DNA of 64,000 bases, from the NCBI RefSeq assembly GCF_000737315.1, contig NZ_JMCB01000012.1:1-64000 (forward strand), given 5' to 3'. The stretch's first letter is position 1. Each line of letters opens with the position of its first letter. This stretch comes from Hyalangium minutum. Its GTDB lineage: Bacteria > Myxococcota > Myxococcia > Myxococcales > Myxococcaceae. The notes beneath the pieces were generated by a model. The model had not been told where the DNA came from, searched no databases, and saw nothing but the letters and a program-made list of their open reading frames with translations. This document shows positions 24,975 through 37,118 of the stretch, in pieces. The position numbers and the translations under genes are program-made.

Positions 24975-26822
24975 CTACTGACACACTCCGGAAGTATTAC
25001 AGGAGAGCCCCGGAGCGCAGTCTGCAGAGGACACGCACCCCATATCTCGGGGGCAGTCTCCTGCCATTCCGCCAGACATCCCTTCAACCACAAACGAAAT
25101 GCTTCTCACCGACTCAACAATACGCTGATTCCCCAATGAAGTTTTCAGCAAATGCAAAAGCTTTACCTTCCGGTCATCCTCGGGGGCCTCAAAAGCCCGA
25201 ATATCAAGCAATTGCAGATCATTGAGTTCATTAATTTTGTCTTTGATAGCTGCCGCCACATCCTGCGCAGAATCACTCGCTCTTCTGACGATATATTTAG
25301 TGGTCTCTTGATCCTGATCCGTTCCATCAGAAGTAAACTCAAAGCTTATCGACCGAACACCGTCATCCAGAACGAAGGTTTCTCCATCCCTAAGTTCACT
25401 TCCGTTACAAGCTTGAATCGACCCATGAGCTTGAGTTGCGTCTATCGGCCTGGAACACGTTGAACTGCAGGTACCACATCGATCTGCGTTTCTATCATCA
25501 CATCGCTCATTGGCCGCAGTATTGACATATCCATCTCCACACCGTGAGATGTAACAATGCTTGGTACAAGTACGAGTTTCGCCACTCTCGCCACCCGTGT
25601 CACACTCTTCACCACGAACACTGTTCACGACTCTGTCACCGCAATAAGCTAACGTGCAATCGAGGTCACAATGAAGTGATTCCCCCATATCGTCACACTC
25701 TTCTTTTATCGCGACGTTCGTGGCTTCTGTAGCAGCTACCCCGTCACCACACCTAGCCCACACACAAGTAGTATTTAGGCATTCATTTTCGTTGATAGTA
25801 TCGCCGTCATCGCACTGTTCGCCAGGGTCTAACTGTCCATTACCACATTCGATTCCTGCAGTTTTGCAATCGGGACTGCATCCGTCACCACTGGTCGTGT
25901 TGCCGTCGTCACACTGCTCACCAACGCTGAAATCAGTATAGCCATTGCCGCAAGTCTCATTAGAGCGGCAGTTGGCACTACACCCATCTCCATCGAGTGT
26001 ATTACCGTTGTCGCACTTCTCGCCCTTCACAGCGTCAATGTATCCATTGCCACAGATTTCAGTAGAACGGCAATCCGCACTGCACCCATCGTCACTTTTG
26101 GTGTTGCCGTCGTCGCACGTCTCCCCTGTAGCAAGATCTTGGTAGCCATTGCCGCAGAATTCCGTCGAGCGGCAGTCCGCACTGCAACCATCGCCACTCT
26201 GGGTGTTGCTGTCATCGCACTTTTCTCCCGTGGCCACGTCCAAGTAACCATTGCCGCAAGATTCCGTCGAGCGGCAGTCCGCGCTGCACCCGTCTCCGCT
26301 CTCCGTGTTACCATCGTCGCACTTTTCACCTTTGGCCACGTCTTGGTAATCGTTGCCGCAGAACTCAGTCGATCTGCAATCCGCACTGCAGTTATCGCCG
26401 CTCTTTGTATTGCCATCGTCGCACTTTTCACCTTTGGCCACGTCCAAGTAACCATTGCCGCAGACCTCCATGGAGAGGCAGTCCGCGCTGCACGCATCGC
26501 CCGACTGCGTGTTCCTGTCGTCGCACACCTCGTGCGGGTCCTCAACGCCGTTGCCGCAAGTTTCGTCCGACGTGCAGGTGCTGTTGCAACCGTCGTTATC
26601 AATGACGTTACCATCATCACAAGCCTCTCCCTCCTGGATGAGGCCATCTCCACAAGGCGTCTCGATGCAGATGTCCTGGGTGACGGCACACCTCAAACCA
26701 GGACCGCAGATTAGCCCGGAAGGACACACCACGCTCTCAACCTCCATGCAGGACAGGAGAGGGCACACCATCAATGCGGCCATAAGCTGAAGGCCGTGGC
26801 GCCGGAAGTAGAAGTCACTCAT
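24975..26822 (-). CDS. Myxococcus cysteine-rich repeat (DUF4215-type) lipoprotein
   Basis: ATG 26822; lipobox-like PLLS-C; about 12 CGxG...CDDGN...C...C units; lower GC than flanks. Confidence 0.85.
   Translation of the reverse strand: MSDFYFRRHGLQLMAALMVCPLLSCMEVESVVCPSGLICGPGLRCAVTQDICIETPCGDGLIQEGEACDDGNVIDNDGCNSTCTSDETCGNGVEDPHEVCDDRNTQSGDACSADCLSMEVCGNGYLDVAKGEKCDDGNTKSGDNCSADCRSTEFCGNDYQDVAKGEKCDDGNTESGDGCSADCRSTESCGNGYLDVATGEKCDDSNTQSGDGCSADCRSTEFCGNGYQDLATGETCDDGNTKSDDGCSADCRSTEICGNGYIDAVKGEKCDNGNTLDGDGCSANCRSNETCGNGYTDFSVGEQCDDGNTTSGDGCSPDCKTAGIECGNGQLDPGEQCDDGDTINENECLNTTCVWARCGDGVAATEATNVAIKEECDDMGESLHCDLDCTLAYCGDRVVNSVRGEECDTGGESGETRTCTKHCYISRCGDGYVNTAANERCDDRNADRCGTCSSTCSRPIDATQAHGSIQACNGSELRDGETFVLDDGVRSISFEFTSDGTDQDQETTKYIVRRASDSAQDVAAAIKDKINELNDLQLLDIRAFEAPEDDRKVKLLHLLKTSLGNQRIVESVRSISFVVEGMSGGMAGDCPRDMGCVSSADCAPGLSCNTSGVCQ
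25845..26462 (-). repeat. 102-bp (34-aa) tandem repeat, about 6 well-conserved units
   Basis: CGNGYLDVAKGEKCDDGNTKSGDNCSADCRSTEF-type units; CCATTGCCGCA recurs with a 102-nt period. Confidence 0.85.
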
Positions 26823-26842
26823 ATTTCGTTTCCTCTGGGACC

Positions 26843-27862
26843 TCAAAAGCGGAACGTCACCAGCAACTCACGCCGGGCGGTGCCAATTTGCAGTGCAATA
26901 TGCGTATCTTGCTCGTACTCGTCCGGCGTCAGGCGATACGGCTCGGCCCGGTTGATGTACGCGAGCACCGCTCCCGTGACGATCAGCGCTCCACCTGCCA
27001 CGTATGTGCCCATCGCTACCTTCTGGAACTGGCGCCCCCGGTTGCGCAGGTCTTCGAATTCTGAAGACGGTACACAGCCCAGCAAGCCGCACTCAGTGGC
27101 CCTCGCATCGAAGCTGCGGAGATCATCGCGGCCCTGCAGGTGAAGCAATCCACCACCTGCGGCCAGGGCTACGCCTGCTCCCACCACGGCCCACGACTTC
27201 CACGGCGCCCAGATCCGCCGGTACCGCGTCAGCTCCCGGTCGTCATACAGGCCGTCGATGTTCAGCGTGAGCGTCTCGCCCTCCCTTGGATTGCGGACCC
27301 GCTCATTGGGAGGGTAACCCTTCTTGGCCGCCACGAAGACATGCGAGCCCGGCAGTGCCCACCCCTCATAGTGGCCCGGTGCTGTGAGCAGGGGCCGCCC
27401 GTCCATCGTCACGGACGCGCCTGAAACTTCGCAGGAGACCTCGACCCTGACGAGCTGCTTCTCGACGAACACCCTCAGGTTGCGGGCATGCTCCAGCATC
27501 TTCTGGTCGAGTGGAGCCTCCCCATAGCGCATAGCTGCTTCCAGGTGCTCCCGCAGCTCCAGCTTTAACCCCGTGTCCATCAGCGCCAGTGCGAGGTTGT
27601 AATGGATGGCGGGATGATCCCACTGCTCGAGCGCCTGGCGGTACAGCTCGGCGGCCCTCAAGAAGACCGCCTTCTCGTAGTAGCCGTTCCCTTCCTTGAA
27701 CAGCGCAGCGGCCGCAGCCTGACGCTCCTGGGAGACTCCCTTGACCCACGCGCGCTGAGCCCCTGCGTCCAGTTGCTGGTGCAGCGGTTGGGCCACAGCC
27801 AGCGGTGCCCACAGCCACAACACTGTGGACGCAATCCAAAGTGCTACTCCATTCCTTTTCAT
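26843..27862 (-). CDS. secreted TPR + PEGA domain protein
   Basis: Signal peptide; LFKEGN.YY...A...Y..A...HYNLAL (TPR); GASVTMDGR (PEGA); C-terminal hydrophobic segments. Confidence 0.85.
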   Translation of the reverse strand: MKRNGVALWIASTVLWLWAPLAVAQPLHQQLDAGAQRAWVKGVSQERQAAAAALFKEGNGYYEKAVFLRAAELYRQALEQWDHPAIHYNLALALMDTGLKLELREHLEAAMRYGEAPLDQKMLEHARNLRVFVEKQLVRVEVSCEVSGASVTMDGRPLLTAPGHYEGWALPGSHVFVAAKKGYPPNERVRNPREGETLTLNIDGLYDDRELTRYRRIWAPWKSWAVVGAGVALAAGGGLLHLQGRDDLRSFDARATECGLLGCVPSSEFEDLRNRGRQFQKVAMGTYVAGGALIVTGAVLAYINRAEPYRLTPDEYEQDTHIALQIGTARRELLVTFRF

Positions 27863-27872
27863 CCGCGTGCCT

Positions 27873-30884
<3,012 letters not shown>

Positions 30885-30960
30885 TGCGTGGGGCGAACCA
30901 GGCCTTCTGAATACAGACTCGGATGCTCAAACTTTTACATCGCGAGCCGAACGAAAGCTG

Positions 30961-30976
30961 TACCACCTTGGTGGTA
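30961..30976 (-). promoter_or_regulatory. copy 5 of 16-bp motif (TACCACCAAGGTGGTA-CAG), perfect 7-bp arms
   Basis: 76 nt upstream of ATG 30884. Confidence 0.55.
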
Positions 30977-30986
30977 GCCCACGCGC

Positions 30987-32828
30987 TCAAGGACAGACAG
31001 GAGTTACCTTGGGGCTGATGTCACACCCCCTGTTATTCGTAGCGCCGCAACTCGGATCAATTTGGCAACCGGCGTAGCCTCGAAGCACGATGACTCCCGC
31101 TCCACCTCCACCGCCTCCTGCCCCACCCTTGGCAACACCATCGATGCCTGGGGTTGCCGCAACTGCCTCAGCACCACCATTTCCACCTGCAGTCCCCCTC
31201 ACCCGACTATCCCCCCCTTTGGCAGAGATTGGTGCTGACTGGGAGCCATCTTCCCCATCCTCTCCCTGGTTGTTTCTCTCAGAATCCCCTCCCTCCCCCC
31301 CTGCCCCGCCGTTCGCGATAAGGCGAGCATCAAACGTAAGATTCAGTTGGCCTGCCTCTATGAGCAGTCCCCCTCCACTTCCTCCTCCCCCTCCACCCTC
31401 GGCATTCTCTCCTCCGTCCGAAGAGCCTTTGCCTCCCCGTCCACCACCGCCACTTACAGAGATCGAATTGTTCGCCGTGAGAGTACCTGCTACGGCCAGT
31501 TGAAGCGCTCCACCGCCCGCTCCGCCAATCCCTCCATTGGTCGAATTCGACGCGCTCCCTCCTGCACCTCCCTGACAACCACCGACCAAGGGCGAGAGCG
31601 CACTGCTGACCTTTGCGCCCGCAGTCCCTCCTCGTGCGCTGTTATCGAACTGACCTCCCTCTGCTCCTTGTTGCCCAAACGCTCCTCCGCCCCCTCCGCC
31701 ACCTACTCCTTGAGAAAAAGTGCCATCTCCTCCTTTTTGGAGACTGCACCCCAGACGATTGCCACCGGCCCCAGGAGTCTCGAAGTTCGCATCCGCCAGC
31801 AGAGCCCCCGACAGCGGGGCGTCCCCATACACCGCGAGAATCACAGGGCGGTTCCCCACCAGTTTGAGCACTCGACCTAACTCAATCGTCAGGCTCTTCA
31901 TGGCCAGTAAGGCGACCCCCTCATTCCCTTGAGGGGCTTGAGCCACTGGCATGGTCGGCGAACATCCCTGGGGAAACTTCCAACCGCCATTCGTTGAGTC
32001 GAAGATCACTGGATCCGATTGACTGCCACACGAGATACGAACATCCAAGCTTCGATCGCCAGCGGAGACAGCGTCTGGATCGAAATTGCTCGGAGGAAAC
32101 GGGAAGACGCTGCAGACCCCATCAGAACGGCACTTCCCCCCTGTTCCTGCTCCATTGCATGACTGCCCCGTCTTCGAGGAATCGGCGTCAACGGTACATT
32201 GCGCGCTCTCGGAGCAATTGATGACCTTTGAGATCTTGCATTCACCGGGTGACTCACAGGGGTTGAAGTCCTCGCCCTGGCACATTCCCGAAGCCGTGCA
32301 CCGATCATTTTTCGTGCACCAGTTGCCGTCGTTACAGCCGACCCCTGGATGAATGGTGGCGGTCGTGTCGTCGCAGTCTGTGCCCGCCACATCCTGGGTC
32401 TTCAGGACATATCCGTCGTGGTCATCGTCGCGGGCCTGAAGCGTGTCAGTGAACATCGCGAACTCCATTGGGGAAACCTCAATGGATTCTTGCCGAATGA
32501 GCCTCTCAATCTCGTTCCCGGAGCAGCGAGCTTCGTTGCCGGTCCCCTCTTCCTTCTCCAGGGAAGCCACCGCGATGGTCAGGACAGGTCCCCAATCTGG
32601 CTTAATGAACACGGCGGTCCTGACTTGCCGTTGCTCCTTGTGCTGAAACTTGCCGTTGGGGATATCCGTTTGCCCTACATGCCCCTTGTTATCCGAAACG
32701 ATGATGCGGAGACACACGGGCTCGTACGAGCCGTAATTCACGACAACCCGCACCGCGCCGTCAGCCGAAGCAGACTCACTGCAGGCCACTGCGGTGAAGC
32801 ACAGTCCCAACAACCAAAGATGACGCAT
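30987..32828 (-). CDS. lipoprotein with myxobacterial metal-binding motif, Cys-rich segment and Gly-rich C-terminus
   Basis: ATG 32828 MRHLWLLGLCFTAVA-C; DDDHDGY...DCDD...IHPG; CNDGNWCT.ND.C; long GGGGG/GGAGG tracts. Confidence 0.85.
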   Translation of the reverse strand: MRHLWLLGLCFTAVACSESASADGAVRVVVNYGSYEPVCLRIIVSDNKGHVGQTDIPNGKFQHKEQRQVRTAVFIKPDWGPVLTIAVASLEKEEGTGNEARCSGNEIERLIRQESIEVSPMEFAMFTDTLQARDDDHDGYVLKTQDVAGTDCDDTTATIHPGVGCNDGNWCTKNDRCTASGMCQGEDFNPCESPGECKISKVINCSESAQCTVDADSSKTGQSCNGAGTGGKCRSDGVCSVFPFPPSNFDPDAVSAGDRSLDVRISCGSQSDPVIFDSTNGGWKFPQGCSPTMPVAQAPQGNEGVALLAMKSLTIELGRVLKLVGNRPVILAVYGDAPLSGALLADANFETPGAGGNRLGCSLQKGGDGTFSQGVGGGGGGGAFGQQGAEGGQFDNSARGGTAGAKVSSALSPLVGGCQGGAGGSASNSTNGGIGGAGGGALQLAVAGTLTANNSISVSGGGGRGGKGSSDGGENAEGGGGGGSGGGLLIEAGQLNLTFDARLIANGGAGGEGGDSERNNQGEDGEDGSQSAPISAKGGDSRVRGTAGGNGGAEAVAATPGIDGVAKGGAGGGGGGAGVIVLRGYAGCQIDPSCGATNNRGCDISPKVTPVCP

Positions 32829-32893
32829 GGAGAGGAGCGCCTGAGGTGGAGTTGAACGCGCACCAGGGTAGGGCTCCCCTCCAAGCGAGGCTG

Positions 32894-32909
32894 TACCACC
32901 AAGGGAGGA
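32894..32909 (-). promoter_or_regulatory. copy 6 of 16-bp motif (TCCTCCCTTGGTGGTA-CAG)
   Basis: 65 nt upstream of ATG 32828, between divergent genes. Confidence 0.5.
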
Positions 32910-33098
32910 CCTGCCTCCAGCAAGAGGTTCCCAGCGCACCACCGGACGCCCTCAGGCCGTCCCCACGTGAGGTGTTGCACCGGCCACACTGGTCTCTCCT
33001 CCGTTCGGGATATCTCCCTCCCTCGAAGAAGCCTCGGCGATAGTGCCCCACGCAGGTTGGAACGTACTCAGCCTCACTCCCTGCGCCCGAGTTGACTC

Positions 33099-34109
33099 AT
33101 GCGCCCTACCTCTTTGTTGGCTGCCTCCCTGGTGCTGGTCCTTGCCACCGCTTGTGCGACGGCGACCGCCGCGAACAAGCCCGGGCTCGATCCCGAGCTG
33201 CATGGCTACGAGTACCCGTTTTCCACCCATGAGTTCGCCTTCGAGTCTCAGCGGCAGCAGCTCCGCATGGCCTACATGGACGAGCGCCCCGCAGACTGGA
33301 AGGGCCGCACCGTCCTACTCCTCCACGGCAAGAACTTCTCCGGCGCCTACTGGGAGCCCACCATGCGCGCCCTTCTCGCCCGCGGTTACCGCGTCGTCGT
33401 CCCCGACCAGATTGGCTTCGGCAAGTCGACCAAGCCCGCCGCCTACCAGTTCTCGTTCGCCCAGCTCGCGACGAATACCCGCGCGCTGCTCGGCTCCCTG
33501 GACCTGGAGCGGGTCACCGTGGTGGGTCACTCCATGGGTGGCATGCTCGCGGTGCGCTTCGCCCTCCTGCACCCGGAGCAGACCGAGAAGCTCGTGCTCG
33601 TGAACCCCATCGGCCTGGAGGACTACGGCGCGCTCGTCTCCTACCGCAGCATCGACGAGTGGTACCGGCAAGAGCTCGCCGCCACCCCCGAGAGCCTCCG
33701 CGAGTACCAGCGCCAGAGTTACTACGCCGGCGAGTGGAAGCCCGAGTATGAGCGCCTGCTCGCGATTCAAGCCGGGTGGACCCAGCACCCCGACTACTCC
33801 CGCGTGGCGTGGTGCTCGGCGCTCACCGCCGACATGATCTTCACCCAGCCCGTCGTCCACGATCTGCCACGGCTGCGTGTCCCCACCCTCCTCATCATCG
33901 GCCAGCGCGACCGGACCGCGCTCGGACGTCCCTGGGCCAAACCCGAGGTAGCAGCGACCATGGGTGACTACCCACAGCTCGGACGGCGCACCGCAGAGGC
34001 CATCCCCGGCGCGAAGCTCGTCGAGCTCCCCGGCGTCGGGCACCTGCCCCAGGTCGAGGCCTTCGATCGCTACATCGAAGCACTCGGCGGTTTCCTCGAC
34101 GCGGGGTGA
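33099..34109 (+). CDS. secreted alpha/beta-fold hydrolase
   Basis: Signal/lipobox; [20 protein letters not shown], nucleophile elbow GHSMGG, C-terminal GVGHLPQVE. Confidence 0.92.
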   Translation: MRPTSLLAASLVLVLATACATATAANKPGLDPELHGYEYPFSTHEFAFESQRQQLRMAYMDERPADWKGRTVLLLHGKNFSGAYWEPTMRALLARGYRVVVPDQIGFGKSTKPAAYQFSFAQLATNTRALLGSLDLERVTVVGHSMGGMLAVRFALLHPEQTEKLVLVNPIGLEDYGALVSYRSIDEWYRQELAATPESLREYQRQSYYAGEWKPEYERLLAIQAGWTQHPDYSRVAWCSALTADMIFTQPVVHDLPRLRVPTLLIIGQRDRTALGRPWAKPEVAATMGDYPQLGRRTAEAIPGAKLVELPGVGHLPQVEAFDRYIEALGGFLDAG

Positions 34110-34158
34110 CCCACGCCCGAGCCTTGCCTCGCCTCACTCGCATTCCGACTGACGCGGC

Positions 34159-36471
34159 TCACAACGTGAGGAGGAATGCGAGCAGGTCGTCCCGCTCCTG
34201 GGGCGTGAGGGCCTGCGCGTTTCCGTGCTGGGGTCCCGAGTTCTCCAGCACCACGCGCAAGGGAAAGCGCGTGCCCACCACCAGCCGATCCCCCTTTACC
34301 TCGTAGCCCGCAGACGCGCTCGTGAGCAGCGGCCAGATGTCCCACGTGCCAACAAGCGCAGGCGGCGCCGCTCCCGGCACCAGTTCCTGCTGATCCGTAC
34401 GCAGGGGCAATGCGATGGGCGTCCCCACTTCCAAGTACTTGCCGCGCGTCGCCGGATCCTGGTCCAGCGTGTAGAGCGGCGCCGGGTGGCACACCGTACA
34501 CCCGCCCTTGCCTTCGAAGAGCGTCCGCCCCTCGGCGGGCCGACCCGTGTGTCCGTCTGGCAGAGCCAGCGTCTCCGGTGGCGCGCCATCCTCACCTCGG
34601 AACGGGTTGGGCAGCGTGGGCACCAAGGAAGTGAACAACGACAGCGCCTCTACCTCCACGTCCGTGAGCGCGGGGTTCTGGAACCGATTGCGGTTGCCCA
34701 CCGTCTTGATGGTCTCCGCAATGCTGTGTGTGCTCGCGGGCGTGAAGTACGGCGGCGTGTCCCGGCTGCCTCGCACTGTCGTCGAGCGGTAGATGCGCAT
34801 CGGCTTCGTCTTCTCGAAGAAGACCCCACCGGTATGGCCCTCCAGGTGGCATGCGTCGCAGCTCATCGCCGTGCGCCCCATGTCCGCGAAGTAGAGCACC
34901 TGCCCCAGCCGACGCTTGGCCTGCGTGCGCATCTCCGTCACCGGCAGCTGCTTCACCACCCGCGCCTGTCCCTTCCGCGCCTCCGCTACGTCCACCACCG
35001 CCACCGTTCCCGTGTGCCGGTTCAGCACGTAGAGCGTCCGCCCATCCGGCGCCAGCGCCAGCGAGCGCGGCCCCGAGTGCAGTTCCACCCCCGCCCGTCC
35101 TTCCTTGCCGTAGTCCTCGTCCGGGCGCGCCCGCGGCGTCTGCTCGGGCAATGGGATGGGCAGTTCCTGCAGCAACGCCTTGCGTGCCCCGTCCTCGCTC
35201 TCCACCAGCTTCCGCCCGTCCAGCACCCTCACCTGCCCCAACCCGATGTCCGCCGCGTAGAGCAGCCCCGAGGCCTCGTCCACCGCCAGCCCCTCCGTCA
35301 CTCCCGCCCCAAAGCCCCGGTGCCGCACCACCTCGCCGCGCTTCGGATCCAGCACCGCCACGCCCCCGTTGGGGCTCACCTCCATGCGCTCCGCGTTGGG
35401 CCCCACGTTCGGCCCCAGGCTCGCGATGAAAAGCCGCCCCAGCTTCTCGCTCGCCACCAGCCCTCGCGGCGCCTTGCCTCCCATCACCTGCTTGGAGAAC
35501 TTCTCCGTCCCTCCGCCCACGATGGGCACGCCTGGCATCGGCACCACCGTCGACACGAGCCCACCGTCCGCCTGCCGCAGCAGTTCCACCTGCCCCGTCT
35601 GCAGGCTCCCCACCGCCAGCAGATCCTTCCACCGCGTCAGCTCGCGCGGGTTCGGATCCACCGCCGCAGACCATCGCTCCTTCCCATCCGCCAGCGACAC
35701 CGCCCGCACCGTGTCTCGCACCTGCTCCGCGATGAACGCCACCTCGCCCCGCCCGTCCACCACCACCCCCGAGGCCCCCACCGGCGCCGGTAGCACTCGC
35801 GGCGCACTGCCGGGCGCATCCAGCGCATACAGCCTCAGCTCGGGGCTGAAGCGGTGCACCACCGCCAGCCACGCCCGGCCCTCCGTATCCTTATATGTAG
35901 TGATCGCGCTCGGCCCATCCGCAGCCGCCAGCGCCGTCACCTGGCCCGAGCTCACGTCGAGCGCGAACACCGTGTCCGTCGGCGGCGATGCGATGAACGC
36001 CGTGCGCCCATCCGGCGAGAGCGCCAACGCGAACAGGTCCGGAAACGCTCGGTCGTTCACCACATCCAGGCGCGCCTCGCCCTCTGGCCCGGGCCCTCCC
36101 GCAGCCGAGCTCAGCCGCACCTTCACGCTCGCCACCGGTAGCTCCGGCGGAAGCTCCACGTCCGCGGGCAGCCGCGCATACGCGTGCCGCGCATCCACCA
36201 CCTTCAGCGGAAGCTCGCGCGACACCGGCTCGCCCAGCGCGAGGCGCATCCCCGGCTCCAAGCCCTCGCCGTACACCGAGAGCGGCTCGGAGGTCTGGTT
36301 GCTCGTGAGACGCGGTCCGATCGACACCAGGCGCGCGGATCCGCGCCCAGGCTCCACAGCCTGGGCCACCTGCGCCGGTGCTGGCAGCTCGCGCGAGCGC
36401 ATGACGAAGACCGCCACGCCCGCCAAGCACAACACCAGCGCCGTTGTCACTGCCGCCCAGGAGCGTTTCAT
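34159..36471 (-). CDS. mtsA: MtsA-like protein: Ig/IPT-like domain + YVTN/YncE beta-propeller + two c-type haem motifs
   Basis: N-terminal TM anchor; LALSPDGRTAFIA / LALAPDGRTLYVLN propeller blades; CDACH (34846-34860) and CTVCH (34486-34500). Symbol rests on recalled annotation and synteny. Confidence 0.6.
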   Translation of the reverse strand: MKRSWAAVTTALVLCLAGVAVFVMRSRELPAPAQVAQAVEPGRGSARLVSIGPRLTSNQTSEPLSVYGEGLEPGMRLALGEPVSRELPLKVVDARHAYARLPADVELPPELPVASVKVRLSSAAGGPGPEGEARLDVVNDRAFPDLFALALSPDGRTAFIASPPTDTVFALDVSSGQVTALAAADGPSAITTYKDTEGRAWLAVVHRFSPELRLYALDAPGSAPRVLPAPVGASGVVVDGRGEVAFIAEQVRDTVRAVSLADGKERWSAAVDPNPRELTRWKDLLAVGSLQTGQVELLRQADGGLVSTVVPMPGVPIVGGGTEKFSKQVMGGKAPRGLVASEKLGRLFIASLGPNVGPNAERMEVSPNGGVAVLDPKRGEVVRHRGFGAGVTEGLAVDEASGLLYAADIGLGQVRVLDGRKLVESEDGARKALLQELPIPLPEQTPRARPDEDYGKEGRAGVELHSGPRSLALAPDGRTLYVLNRHTGTVAVVDVAEARKGQARVVKQLPVTEMRTQAKRRLGQVLYFADMGRTAMSCDACHLEGHTGGVFFEKTKPMRIYRSTTVRGSRDTPPYFTPASTHSIAETIKTVGNRNRFQNPALTDVEVEALSLFTSLVPTLPNPFRGEDGAPPETLALPDGHTGRPAEGRTLFEGKGGCTVCHPAPLYTLDQDPATRGKYLEVGTPIALPLRTDQQELVPGAAPPALVGTWDIWPLLTSASAGYEVKGDRLVVGTRFPLRVVLENSGPQHGNAQALTPQERDDLLAFLLTL

Positions 36472-36673
36472 GGATGTTGCAGCCCTCGGTTGTTGATCCG
36501 CACTCTACCTTTCCAGTCCTCCCACATCCCCTGCCTGAAAGGTCAGCACAGGTGGGGAATCCATCCCCCAACTGAGGGGGACTGCCCCCCACACTGCCTC
36601 TCGGCTCTCGACGGAACCGATGAAGGGCGTGCGTTGACAGAGCGGTACAAACATCGCTTAACCTGGAACTCTG

Positions 36674-37090
36674 ATGCGACGCCTCCTCTTCGTAGCTCTC
36701 GTCGCCAACCTCCTTGGCATGCTCCCTCTCCCGATCCTCAGCTCGGAGGCGTGGGCCCAGCGCTCGCGTGCGTCGAAGTCCGCTTCCAAGAGCAAGGCGG
36801 CCAAGAAGCCCACCGGCTCCAAGTCCATCCCCAAGTTCGAGTCCAAGGCGGAGCCCGCAGCCACCCTGGCGGATCCCGTCAGCGGTGAGTCCTCGGGCGC
36901 TGCCGCCTCGGCCTCTCCGCCCTCCCGAGGCCCCGCCCGCATCGACTTCGATGATCGGCTCATCCAGGGCCAGACGAACAAGTCCGGCGCGGTGTACCTG
37001 TACGATCGCAAGGAGCTCAAGACGCGGTCGATGATCAAGGAGCGCGACAGCTTCCGCTCCGAAACCCTCTCCACCGTCTACGACCAGTAG
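36674..37090 (+). CDS. GltF/CglF-like small periplasmic protein
   Basis: Signal peptide; C-terminal RIDFDDRLIQGQTNKSGAVYLYDRKELKTRSMIKERDSF resembles the GltF family motif. Confidence 0.7.
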   Translation: MRRLLFVALVANLLGMLPLPILSSEAWAQRSRASKSASKSKAAKKPTGSKSIPKFESKAEPAATLADPVSGESSGAAASASPPSRGPARIDFDDRLIQGQTNKSGAVYLYDRKELKTRSMIKERDSFRSETLSTVYDQ

Positions 37091-37118
37091 GGCTCGGCCC
37101 ACGAAAGGGAGTCTCCAC

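Noticed and set aside
25845-26462. Possible CRISPR-like periodicity
   Set aside because: Period is 102 nt, in frame, with no unique spacers; it encodes Cys-rich protein repeats.
36634-36665. Sigma-70-like TTGACA upstream of the gltF-like gene
   Set aside because: Best -10 candidate (TAACCT) needs a 19-nt spacer and leaves almost no leader; unsupported without TSS data.
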